A DNA stretch of 64,000 bases from an uncultured delta proteobacterium (GTDB lineage: Bacteria; Desulfobacterota; Zymogenia; Zymogenales; Zymogenaceae): positions 1-64,000 of the forward strand of contig CAWBYW010000006.1 in assembly GCA_963792965.1 (NCBI GenBank). Direction: 5' to 3'. Under the pieces are notes generated by a model, which was not told where the DNA came from, made no database searches, and saw only the letters and a list, made by a program, of their open reading frames with translations. Numbering within the stretch: the first letter of the stretch is position 1; every line of letters begins with the position of its first letter. Position numbers and translations under genes: made by a program. Positions 43,991-53,734 of the stretch are shown piece by piece.

Positions 43991-45760
43991 ATGTCCGTGC
44001 TCAAGAGAACGCATTACTGCGGAGAAATCAGAAAAGGCGACATCGGCAAGACCGTCACCCTCATGGGGTGGGTCCATAAGCGGCGCGACCACGGCGGCGT
44101 CATCTTCGTGGACCTGCGCGACCGGACGGGGACGGCGCAGGTCGTCTTCAATCCCGACCACGATCAGAAGAGCCACGACGCGGCCCACCGGATCCGGTCA
44201 GAGTTCGTCATCGGCGTCACCGGAAAGGTGATAGCCCGCCCGGAGGGGATGATCAACCCACAGATCCCGACCGGCGAGGTCGAGGTGATGATCGACGAGC
44301 TGATCATCTTCAGCGAGGCCGAGCTTGTCCCCTTCATGATAGACGAATATGTCACCGTGGCCGAAAACCTGAGGCTCAAGTACCGCTACCTCGACCTCAG
44401 GCGGCCGGAGATGCAAAAAAATCTGATCGTGCGCCACCGCGCGGCCATGAGCGTCAGGAACCACCTCTCCGACGAGGGGTTCCTCGATATCGAGACGCCC
44501 TTTCTGACGAAGAGCACGCCGGAGGGCGCGCGCGACTACCTCGTGCCCAGCCGCGTCAACCCCGGCAAGTTCTATGCGCTGCCCCAGTCCCCGCAGATCT
44601 TCAAGCAGATCCTCATGGTCTCGGGCTTTGACCGCTACTTCCAGATCGTCAAGTGCTTCCGGGACGAGGACCTGCGCGCCGACCGCCAGCCCGAGTTCAC
44701 CCAGATCGACATCGAGATGAGCTTCGTCGGCGTGGACGACATCATCACCATGACCGAGAGGCTGTTGCATACGCTCTTGAAGGAGGTCGCCGGCATCGAG
44801 ATAAAGATCCCGTTTCCCCGCATCACCTACAGAGATGCGCGCGACAAATACGGGATCGACAAGCCCGACCTGAGGTTCGATCTCCCGCTCTGTGACGTGA
44901 CCGAGATCCTCGGGCCGTCGGGATTCAAGGTCTTCTCCGAGGCCGTCAAGGACGGCGGGATCGTGAAAGTCCTCCGCGTGCCGGCAAGCGACGCGCTCAC
45001 CCGCAAGGAGCTCGACGACTCGGTGACCTTCGCCCAGGGGCGGGGCGCCAAGGGCCTGGCCTGGGCCCGGATCACGGACAACGGCTGGCAGTCGCCCATC
45101 GCCAAGTTCCTGACCCCCGAAGAGATCGCGGGCGTCGAGAAGAAGACAGGTGCACACGTCAAAGACACCCTCTTTTTCATGGCCGACGAGGCCGACGTCG
45201 TTGACGACGTGCTGGCCAACCTTCGGCTCAGGATGGGCGAGCGCTTCGACCTGATCGACCGGACGGCCTTCAGCTTCGTCTGGGTCGTCGACTTTCCCCT
45301 CTTCGAGTACTCCGCCGACGAAAAGCGTTACGTCTCCAAGCACCACCCGTTCACCTCGCCGATGGACGAGGACCTGCCCCTCATCGAAACCCACCCCGAA
45401 AAGGCCCGCGCGAAGGCCTACGACATCGTGCTCAACGGCAATGAAATCGGCGGGGGGAGCATCAGGATCTTCGACCCCGCGGTGCAGCGGCGCCTCTTTG
45501 CGGCGCTCGGCATCTCGGACGAGGACGCGCAGGAAAAGTTCGGCTTCCTGATCGAGGCCTTAAGCTACGGCGCGCCGCCCCACGGCGGGATCGCGCTGGG
45601 CTTTGACCGGATCGTCATGTTGCTCACCGGGTCCGAGAGCATCCGGGACGTGATCGCCTTCCCCAAGACCCAGAAGGCGACCTGCCTCATGTCCGGGGCG
45701 CCCGACACGGTGGGCAAGAAACAGCTCAAAGAGCTGTGCATGAAGATAGACCTGGGGTAG
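43991..45760 (+). CDS. aspS: aspartate--tRNA ligase (likely non-discriminating Asp/Asn type)
   Basis: RTHYCG, RRDHGG, RPEG, LPQSPQIFKQ, FRDEDLRADRQPEF and GAPPHGG. Confidence 0.97.
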   Translation: MSVLKRTHYCGEIRKGDIGKTVTLMGWVHKRRDHGGVIFVDLRDRTGTAQVVFNPDHDQKSHDAAHRIRSEFVIGVTGKVIARPEGMINPQIPTGEVEVMIDELIIFSEAELVPFMIDEYVTVAENLRLKYRYLDLRRPEMQKNLIVRHRAAMSVRNHLSDEGFLDIETPFLTKSTPEGARDYLVPSRVNPGKFYALPQSPQIFKQILMVSGFDRYFQIVKCFRDEDLRADRQPEFTQIDIEMSFVGVDDIITMTERLLHTLLKEVAGIEIKIPFPRITYRDARDKYGIDKPDLRFDLPLCDVTEILGPSGFKVFSEAVKDGGIVKVLRVPASDALTRKELDDSVTFAQGRGAKGLAWARITDNGWQSPIAKFLTPEEIAGVEKKTGAHVKDTLFFMADEADVVDDVLANLRLRMGERFDLIDRTAFSFVWVVDFPLFEYSADEKRYVSKHHPFTSPMDEDLPLIETHPEKARAKAYDIVLNGNEIGGGSIRIFDPAVQRRLFAALGISDEDAQEKFGFLIEALSYGAPPHGGIALGFDRIVMLLTGSESIRDVIAFPKTQKATCLMSGAPDTVGKKQLKELCMKIDLG

Positions 45761-45768
45761 GCGCATCC

Positions 45769-47027
45769 ATGGGCCAGACGCTGGCGGAAAAGATCCTCTC
45801 ACAGAAGACGGGAACGAACGTCGTCCCCGGCCAGATCGTGCTGGTCGACGTCGACCTCGCGCTTGCGCAGGACGGCACGGGGCCGCTGGCCATCAGGAGC
45901 ATACGCGACCTCTCGCTCGAAAAGCTGCGCATGCCCCGCGCGGCGGTCTTCTTTATCGACCATGCCGCCCCCAGCCCCCGAAAAGAGCTCTCCAACGACC
46001 ACATAACGATCCGCGCGTTCGCCAAAGAGTCCGGCGCCTTCCTCTATGACGTGGGCTCGGGCATCTGCCACCAGCTGATGGCCGAGGACTTCGCCTGCCC
46101 CGGCGACGTGATCATCGGGGCAGACTCCCACACCGTCACGGCCGGGGGGCTTGGCGCGTTCGCCACGGGCATGGGCTCAACCGACGTGGGCGTGGGGATG
46201 GCGACGGGCAAGACCTGGCTCTTGGTCCCCGAGACGCTGCGGGTCGAGGTGACGGGAAAGCTCCCCCTCGGGGTCTACGCCAAGGACCTGATCCTTTCCA
46301 TCATCGGAAAAATCGGGGCCGACGGGGCCACCTACATGGCCCTCGAGTTCGGGGGAGAGACGATCGATAAGATGGAGACGGCCGGAAGGCTGACGCTCTG
46401 CAACATGGCGGTGGAAGCCGGCGCGAAGGTGGGTCTTGTCGCCACCGACGAGACGACGCGGCGGTACCTCGCCGAGTACGGGCGCCAGGCTTGCTTCAAG
46501 GAGATAAAGCCGGACGCCGACGCACGCTATGCGCGCGTGGAGCGCTTTGACGCGGCAAAGCTCGTGCCGACGGTGTCGGCCCCCCATACGGTGGACAATA
46601 CCAGGACGATCGACGAGGTCGGTAGACGTGAAGGTCGATCAGGTCTTCATCGGCACTTGCACCAACGGCCGTCTGGAGGACCTCAGGGTGGCGGCGTCGA
46701 TCCTCAAGGGAAAGAAGAAGGCGCCAAACGTCCGGCTCATCGTCATCCCCGCCTCCCGCAGGATATCTGACCGAGGCCCTTTCGGAGGGCTTGATCTCGA
46801 TATTCGTCGACGCGGGGGCCGCGGTCATGGCCCCCGGGTGCGGGCCGTGCGTCGGCGTCCACGAGGGGATCCTGGGCGACGGCGAGGTCTGCCTCTCCAC
46901 CCAGAACCGCAACTTCACCGGCCGCATGGGAAACCCCAAGTCCTTCATCTACCTGGCCTCCCCGGCCACCGCCGCGGCCTCGGCCATCGAGGGAAAAATC
47001 GCCGATCCGAGGAAGTTCCTGAGGTAA
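45769..47027 (+). CDS. leuC: 3-isopropylmalate dehydratase/homoaconitase large subunit (HacA/DmdA-like; frameshifts near 46620 and 46770)
   Basis: [46 protein letters not shown] and [12 protein letters not shown]. Confidence 0.85.
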
Positions 47028-47171
47028 CGGTTTCCCGCAGATCGTCCCATCTTAGCAAAACCGCCAATCTCCCTTATTCCGAATGACTACATGACTATTT
47101 TTTGTATCGATTTCTTCAAAAATCGGTTAAAATGCTCACATCTATGATTATGTGATGCAGGTAGAAAACCG

Positions 47172-47462
47172 ATGGCGATCGATAGACGAATAATCGAGAA
47201 AAGAGGGGAAATTCTCGCCCTTGCCGCGCGCTACGGGGCGTCCAACGTGCGGATATTCGGATCGGCCGCGCGGGGGCAGGCTGGGTCGAAGAGCGACATC
47301 GATTTTCTGGTCGACCTTGAGCCGGATCGGAGCCTCTTTGACCTCGGGGGATTTCTCATGGAGCTCGAGGAACTCCTCGGAGCTAAGGTGGATATTCTTA
47401 CCGAAAAAGGCCTTCACTGGTATATTCGGGATCGTGTTCTGGCCGAGGCAGTGAGGCTGTGA
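47172..47462 (+). CDS. MNT (minimal nucleotidyltransferase) antitoxin
   Basis: [16 protein letters not shown] (GSx10DxD) and [10 protein letters not shown]. Confidence 0.9.
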   Translation: MAIDRRIIEKRGEILALAARYGASNVRIFGSAARGQAGSKSDIDFLVDLEPDRSLFDLGGFLMELEELLGAKVDILTEKGLHWYIRDRVLAEAVRL

Positions 47463-47797
47463 AGGATTACAGACTCTACCTCATCCATATCGGGGAGTGT
47501 ATCGAGAGAATAGAGTCATACGTCTCAGATGGAAAAGGCGTGTTCCTCAATACGCCGCTCATTCAAGACGGCGTCCTCCACAACCTTCAGACACTTGCCG
47601 AGTCGACAAAAAATCTTCCCGATCATATCAAGGCGTCACACCCCGAAATAGACTGGCGGAGGGTCGTCGGTTTTCGGAACGTCCTGGTGCACGACTATCT
47701 CGGGGTCGATATCGAACGGGTGTGGTTGATCATCGAAAAGGACCTGCCGGGCCTGAAACGAGCCATCGAAGAGATGATCAAGGAGTCTAAGAACTAA
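47459..47797 (+). CDS. HEPN/DUF86 (HepT-like) ribonuclease toxin
   Basis: [20 protein letters not shown] (Rx4HxY); GTGA overlap with the antitoxin gene. Confidence 0.9.
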   Translation: MKDYRLYLIHIGECIERIESYVSDGKGVFLNTPLIQDGVLHNLQTLAESTKNLPDHIKASHPEIDWRRVVGFRNVLVHDYLGVDIERVWLIIEKDLPGLKRAIEEMIKESKN

Positions 47798-47811
47798 GAA
47801 GACGTATTACT

Positions 47812-47880
47812 TACCTCTCCCCCGCCGCCGCCTCGGCGATAGAGGGAAGGATCGCCGATCCGAGGAAATACCCGAGATAG
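47812..47880 (+). repeat. diverged copy of the leuC 3' end
   Basis: Reads [22 protein letters not shown]-stop versus leu[26 protein letters not shown]-stop. Confidence 0.85.
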
Positions 47881-47976
47881 CCCTTTCCCCCACGAACTCG
47901 TTCTTTATGCCACATTATTTAAGCTCTTGATAGACCACGTGTAAATTCGGGCGACGAATTGCGGTGACAGTCAGGG

Positions 47977-48010
47977 GATTGCTTCGGCCGTTTTACTCTC
48001 TCGCAATGAC
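47977..48010. repeat. half-copy of a REP-like palindromic repeat
   Basis: GATTGCTTCG...CTCGCAATGAC resembles the right arm of the widespread GTCATTGCGAG..GCAATC..GATTGC..CTCGCAATGAC repeats. Confidence 0.4.
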
Positions 48011-48012
48011 GG

Positions 48013-48041
48013 AAAAGAAAAAAGGCGGCAGATCTGCCGCC
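48013..48041 (-). terminator. intrinsic terminator for plsC
   Basis: GGCGGCAGATCTGCCGCC palindrome followed by a T-tract on the minus strand. Confidence 0.7.
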
Positions 48042-48087
48042 CCTATAAAGGATAAGAAGCTAAGCTTTCCTTCTCTTCCTCTCTCTT

Positions 48088-48895
48088 TTACCCCCTCGAG
48101 CCGCCGTGAGCCGTGCCCGACGCTGCGTGGGGAGTGTTTCCCGTGGTGTACTCGTCCAGCCCCCGCTGAATGATGCCCTTTACGTCTTCAATCATACGAT
48201 CGAGCTGGTTCTGCCTGTATTTGAGAACGTTCACCGGCTTGTGGATGACGAGCTTGGCCCTCCCGGGGAAGAGCTTCAGTGTCTTTGCGGCGAGGATCTT
48301 CCTGGTGTCCACCACCGAGATCGGCAGGATCGGGAGTTTCAGCTCCTGGGCCATCTTGAAGGCCCCCTTCTTGAAATCCCCGAGCGCTCCCGTGAGGCTG
48401 CGCGTCCCCTCGACAAAGAAGAGGACCGACGTGCCGTTCTTGATGCGCTCTGCGGCCGCCCGCATCGAGGCGATGGCGGCGTCGATGTTCTTGCGGTCTA
48501 TGACGATAAACTCCCCGCCTTTCTCACAGGCCCAGCCGAAGATCGGGATCTTCCTGAGCTCCTTTTTCATCACCCACCTGATGTCAAGCCCCGACCACCC
48601 GCAGATCACCAGCGGATCGTAGTGGCTCTGGTGGTTCGATACAATGATATAGGACTGCTTCTTGTCGATGTTCTCTTTGCCGAAGACCTTCACCGTGATC
48701 GGCGTCATATAGCTGAGGACCCGCGCGAACCCGACCGCGCAGAACTTCGTGGCCACCCGGGCGTTGAAGACAGGCCCTCAGCGGCATCGCGAGCGACCCG
48801 AAGAAGGCCGTGCACGCCAGCACCGAGGGCGCAAAGACGATATACTTGTACGGCTGATAGATGACGTATAAGACCTTCCTGAAAAATGCTTTCAT
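48088..48895 (-). CDS. plsC: 1-acyl-sn-glycerol-3-phosphate acyltransferase (frameshift near 48770)
   Basis: SNHQSHYD, KKELRKIPIFG, FVEGTRS and FKKGAF. Confidence 0.88.
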
Positions 48896-48985
48896 AAACG
48901 TACCCCGCATATTATTGTTTAATGATACCGCACATCGCCATAAAATACAATAAAATTGCGCCATCCGTCGGCTTTCTGCCCGACG

Positions 48986-49827
48986 CTAACGGCCGGGGGA
49001 CGTCGTGAGCATCATCCCGGCGATCTCTTTGACGATCTTTGAGGCGGCGTGCGCCGTGATCCCGAGCGGGTCGCGCGTGGGGTTCATCTCCACGACGTCG
49101 GCCCCGACGATGGGGGCCGTGATGCCGTGGATGATGGTAAGCGCCTCGCGCGTCGTCAGCCCCCCGCCCTCCGGGTGGGAGACACCCGGCGCGCACCCCG
49201 GGTCCAGGACGTCCAGGTCAAACGACACGTAGAGCGGCCCCGCGAGATCAAGTACCGGGCCCGCCGCGAGATCCTTCATCTCGTGGACCTCGACGCCATA
49301 TCTTTTCGCCTGCTCCCGGAGGTGGCCGGTCATGCTCCTGATACCGACCTGGACGAGTCTGCGCACAAGCCCCTCCTCCATGATCCGGGCGAAGGGACAG
49401 GCGTGGGAGGTGCGGCTGCCCCGGTACTCTTCATAGAGATCGCCGTGGGCGTCACAGTGAAGGATCGTCAGGCCCCCGACACTATCGGCTATCCCCCGGA
49501 CGATGGGCCACGTCACGAAGTGATCCCCCCGAGGAAGATCGGGTGCTTTCCGGCCGACAACACCGCGCGGGCCCCGGAGGCGATCGCCCCGAAATCGTCG
49601 CGTCCGTCAAATACCACGTCGCCCGCGTCCATGAGGTGATCCTGCTGGTTCAGGTCAAGGCCGGTCTCTGTCCAGAGGTTGGATGATCCCGAAAAGAGCG
49701 CGGCACGGATCGCCTGGGGGCCGTGAGCCGCACCACGCATAAAGGATGAGTTCTCGTCGTGGGGAAGGCCGAGCAGGCAAACACGGGCAGAAGGATTTGC
49801 GGAGATATTTTGCGCGTATGATTTCAT
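48986..49827 (-). CDS. speB: agmatinase / ureohydrolase (frameshift near 49525)
   Basis: GLPHDENSSF, GGDH region, DAHGD, SHACPF, DLDVLDP..APG and GADVVEMNP. Confidence 0.85.
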
Positions 49828-49988
49828 GGGATGAAAGACCCGATGGGTTCTCACTATATATCAGATGGGATCGAATTGAGCAAGCGGTAAAAAGCAATAA
49901 AGTAGATCACTCGTGGAGCCCCTCTTACACACGGTTTCGAGCCCTTGCTTCTTCTCTCCGGCGGGCGCACGCAGTCCCGAACGATCTC

Positions 49989-50601
49989 TCATGACTCCGG
50001 CCGGACCTCGTAACGGCAGGTGGCGTCTCCTTTCGCTTTGCACGCGGTCTCAACCGACCTCATCCCACCGATCCCGGCCCACACGATCATGTCGTCCAGA
50101 AATCCGCTCACGATCGCGCAGACCGGCTTTTTGCTCTCGATTTTGAAGCAGTTTGAACAGTCGGGGTTGTCGTAGACGATCACGCCGTTCTCCCTGAAGA
50201 CCTTCCCCCTTCCCGAGATCACGGTATAGAGCTCGACCGCTTTGAAGAGTCGCTCTTCGGGCGGCAGGTCTTTGTAGGCGTCGAAGAGCCCCAGCCCCGT
50301 CGTCTGCTTCGCGATGGCCTTGCCGATCAGCCGGAAAGACCGACTTCGCGCCGGAAACACCGAGCAGATCGTAATAGCTGATGATGATCTTCGTATATTC
50401 ATCGGCGGTATAGTTTTTCTCGTAGTCGTAGCCCGGCTTGTTCTCGATGAGGTACGACATCTTGGCAAAGTTCAAGAGGGCTTTCAGCCCATTGGTCCCG
50501 AGCACCTCTTCGGTCGCGTCCATGACGATCCTGATCACGCCGTTGGCGACCGTCTTTTCCGCGTCGGGCTCCCGGCTGTTGACGTTGACCTTCTCTCCCA
50601 T
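49989..50601 (-). CDS. stand-alone V4R-domain protein (frameshift near 50340)
   Basis: EVLGTNGLKALLN, DCSNC..KPVCAIVSG and VETACKAKGDATCRY. Confidence 0.75.
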
Positions 50602-50829
50602 GGCCCCCTCCCCTATTTGTACATTGTATACAATTATTATATCACGGTAGGCTACTCCACAGACAAAAAAAGCGGGAAGCGCTGCCGTGCGATACGGTCC
50701 GCGTGCCGACCGTCGCGTGCCCATTTACTATAAAAATAGTAGATTTTAATCGCCTGGCCTGATCCTTGTTCGAAAAGCCGCATCTAAAGAAACAGGTAAC
50801 ATTATTAATGAAGAAAGGAGACGACTACC

Positions 50830-51789
50830 ATGGCAAGAACATATCCACACGGGACGGGACCGGTTAAACTGGTCTCGGGTGACTGGCTGGCGAGCCATCT
50901 GAAAGACGAAAAACTCGTAATCCTGGACGTCCAGCCCAATATTCATGACTATATCCTTGAGCATATCCCGGGCGCCATCTACCTCAACGAGGGGCTCTTC
51001 CGCACCTACGAGGGGTTTCTGCCCACCGTCTGGGTGAGGCCCGAGATTCTCAAGTCGGTCCTCGGCAACGCGGGGATCACACGCTCTACCCCGGTGGTTG
51101 TATACACGGGAGTCGGGCAGTTCAAGAAGTGGGGCGACGGCCTGGAGCAGACGATGGTCGCCTATACCCTGGCCCGGTTCGGCGTCAAGACCGTTTACGT
51201 GCTTGACGGCGGGCTGGATCAGTGGAAGAAAGAGGGAAGGCGGCTCTCCCAGGGCTATCCGACCGTAAAGAAGGCGAGGTTCAGACCATCTATCCGGGAG
51301 GATTTCTACGTCACCTACGAGGAGTTCCTGAAGCTCAAAGATCGTAAAGACGTGATGGTGCTGGACGCGCGTCCCATCGCCTTCTACGAAGGACAGGGCC
51401 CGTGGCCCATGCCCGGCCACATTCCCGGGGCGATCAGCCTCCCGTGGGCAAGCCTGATGGACGATACCAATAAGTCGTTGTTGAAGCCCGAAAAGGAAGT
51501 CGCCGAAATTCTCAGACGACACCACGTCACTCCCGATAAGACGATCATCTGCACCTGCGGCACCGGGAGGGAGGCGACCAACGAGTTCCTCCTGCTTGCG
51601 GGCTACCTCGGGTATAAGAAGGTCAAGCTGTATGAGGGGAGCTTTACCGAGTGGGTTCAGATACCCGGAAACAGGACCGTAAAGGGAAGCGATCCGCGAC
51701 GGGAGCCGATACCGGAACAGAGGACGACGAGAGCGGCGGCCAAGGGACGTACGGAGCATGGTACCAGGAAGGTACGGAGAGCCGCGTAG
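50830..51789 (+). CDS. two-domain rhodanese / thiosulfate sulfurtransferase
   Basis: HIPGA twice, LDGG, CTCGTGRE active loop and LYEGSFTEW. Confidence 0.9.
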   Translation: MARTYPHGTGPVKLVSGDWLASHLKDEKLVILDVQPNIHDYILEHIPGAIYLNEGLFRTYEGFLPTVWVRPEILKSVLGNAGITRSTPVVVYTGVGQFKKWGDGLEQTMVAYTLARFGVKTVYVLDGGLDQWKKEGRRLSQGYPTVKKARFRPSIREDFYVTYEEFLKLKDRKDVMVLDARPIAFYEGQGPWPMPGHIPGAISLPWASLMDDTNKSLLKPEKEVAEILRRHHVTPDKTIICTCGTGREATNEFLLLAGYLGYKKVKLYEGSFTEWVQIPGNRTVKGSDPRREPIPEQRTTRAAAKGRTEHGTRKVRRAA

Positions 51790-51955
51790 GCGTAGACGTG
51801 CGCGGCGCGGCGGTCGCGACAGTTACCCCAAAACGACGAAAGCCCCGCCTTCCGGGAGCGCATCAAGATGTGCGGTCCGGCCGGTAGGGCTTTCGCCTCT
51901 GTGGGGAGTTGCCTGGCGTCTGAACCCGAGAAACGGAGTTTTTTCGGGACGAGGC

Positions 51956-52756
51956 TCAGGCTATTTTCTTGCCCGCCAGCGGCGGCGAGGAGCTGAAAGC
52001 CTCGGTGAGGACGATTCTCCCGAACTTTCCGTCAAACGAGTCCACCGTGCCTTTCACCTGGTAGGCGATCGGGTCCATCGTGAGCACCATGACCGCCACG
52101 TGTTGTCCGTTTTTCAAACGAGTCAGATCCGTGTTGTAGCTCGAAACGGAGAACGCCAGTGATTTCCTGTCGATAGGGTAGACCGACATCGCCGGTGAGA
52201 TGAAGGGATACTCCTCCTTTTCCGGCACGTAGGCAATGGCCTTGATGGCCTGCATCTGGTCGTATTTCTTCTTGACGGTCAGCGGGATCTCGACCCCGCC
52301 GTTCTCCTTGAATCGGCGCATCTTCGCCTTAACGGAGACGAGGTCCTTGACAATCCCAAGCTTTCCCACCTGACCCGGCTGGAAACAACGCCTGATGGTG
52401 ACCGATCCGGCCTTCCTGATCTTCGTATACGCGTTGTAGCGGAACATGTCGCTGTAGCAGATCTTATCGAAGTAAGGCCCCTTGTTGACCCAGTCGTCGT
52501 TGAAGTCTCCGATCGTCTGGGCAAACGCAAGACCGAGATTTACGGCCAGCATTCCGACTTTCTTGTTGTGTTTCAGGTTCTCCTGGGTCTTGACCATCAA
52601 AAACTCGCCGAAGATGAGGAAATCCGATTCCGGCTTCCAGGTGTCGATGGAGGCGATAAAGGCGATGTTGGGTTTCCCCTGGCGGTCGACCGTCGCCATG
52701 AATTTGGCGATCATCGGCTCCGAATAGATGTCATACGTTTCTTTCGGCAACGCCAT
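51956..52756 (-). CDS. tandem pyridoxamine-5'-phosphate-oxidase-like (FMN-binding split barrel) protein
   Basis: KFMATVDRQGKPNI..KTQENLKHNKKV and a second repeat ending AYQVKGT. Confidence 0.7.
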   Translation of the reverse strand: MALPKETYDIYSEPMIAKFMATVDRQGKPNIAFIASIDTWKPESDFLIFGEFLMVKTQENLKHNKKVGMLAVNLGLAFAQTIGDFNDDWVNKGPYFDKICYSDMFRYNAYTKIRKAGSVTIRRCFQPGQVGKLGIVKDLVSVKAKMRRFKENGGVEIPLTVKKKYDQMQAIKAIAYVPEKEEYPFISPAMSVYPIDRKSLAFSVSSYNTDLTRLKNGQHVAVMVLTMDPIAYQVKGTVDSFDGKFGRIVLTEAFSSSPPLAGKKIA

Positions 52757-52798
52757 ATAAGTCCTCCCCGTCTATAATCTATAATATAAATAGGTACG

Positions 52799-53728
52799 TT
52801 ATTGCTCAATCCTGGTCGCTCCCGACCAATGGACGTCGGGTACATTTTCTTTCCGGGCTATCGCGGCCAGCCGCTCCATTCGTTCCTTCGGGATCAGCGG
52901 CGCCTTCTCGAGGGCAAACACCTTATCCAGCCGCGTGTACTTGCTTCCGCACAGGTTGTTGAAGGCTAATAGCTCGTAGCGCACCACGGCCGGCATTCGC
53001 TCCTTTATGAAACGCGAAATCGCGCGGATGTTATCCTCGTCGTCGGTATAGCCGGGTATGATCGGCGTGCGCACCCAGATGGGAATAGGCCCCTTCCCGA
53101 AGGCCTCGGCGTTGGCGTGGATATTCTTGGTTCCCATACCGGCGGCTTTCCGGTGTCGTCCGTCGTCCATCACCTTGAGGTCAAAAAGGATCAAATCGGT
53201 ATAGGGCAACATTCGCGCGTAGGCCTTCGGGGCAAACGCCCCACAGGTGTCGATCGCCGTGGCTATCCCTGCTTCCTTACAGAGGCGCAAGAGCTCCGAG
53301 GCGGCCTCCGGCTGCATCGCGGAGTCTCCCCCGCCCAGCGTCACCCCGCCGCCGGAATTACGATAGAAGGCCTCGTCCTTTTTCACTTCGTCAAAGAGCT
53401 GCTCGGGTGTATAGCTTTTCCCGATGACTTCCAGGGCGGCGGCCGGGCACGCGTCTTCGCACTTGCCGCAGGCGGTGCACTTTCCCCGGTCGATCTTTAT
53501 GCCGTCGGGCGTCAGCGTCAGCGCGTCCTCGGGGCAGACCTCGATGCAGTCCTTGGCCCCGATGCAGCGGACGTCGTACCACATCAGCTCGGGTTTCGGT
53601 GATATCCCCTCGGGGTTGTGGCACCACACACACGAGAGGGGACAGCCCTTGAAAAATACCGTCGTCCTGATTCCCGGGCCGTCCTCCGTGGAAAAACGCT
53701 GGATGTTGAAGACTATCGCGTGCGTCAC
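52799..53728 (-). CDS. glycyl-radical enzyme activating enzyme with ferredoxin insert
   Basis: IQRFSTEDGPGIRTTVFFKGCPLSCVWCHNPE, CIGAKDCIEVCP, CTACGKCEDACP and GGGVTLGGGD. Confidence 0.95.
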   Translation of the reverse strand: MTHAIVFNIQRFSTEDGPGIRTTVFFKGCPLSCVWCHNPEGISPKPELMWYDVRCIGAKDCIEVCPEDALTLTPDGIKIDRGKCTACGKCEDACPAAALEVIGKSYTPEQLFDEVKKDEAFYRNSGGGVTLGGGDSAMQPEAASELLRLCKEAGIATAIDTCGAFAPKAYARMLPYTDLILFDLKVMDDGRHRKAAGMGTKNIHANAEAFGKGPIPIWVRTPIIPGYTDDEDNIRAISRFIKERMPAVVRYELLAFNNLCGSKYTRLDKVFALEKAPLIPKERMERLAAIARKENVPDVHWSGATRIEQ

Positions 53729-53734
53729 CGTTCT

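Larger units (their letters stand above)
46950..47880 (+). mobile_element. small TA islet bounded by a duplicated leuC 3' end
   Basis: 46950-47027 is repeated in diverged form at 47812-47880, flanking the MNT-HEPN pair. Confidence 0.6.

Noticed and set aside
50830-51789. Rhodanese as part of the GRE system (C-S lyase hypothesis)
   Set aside because: It is convergently transcribed and separated by a long hairpin (~51838-51896), so adjacency alone is insufficient.
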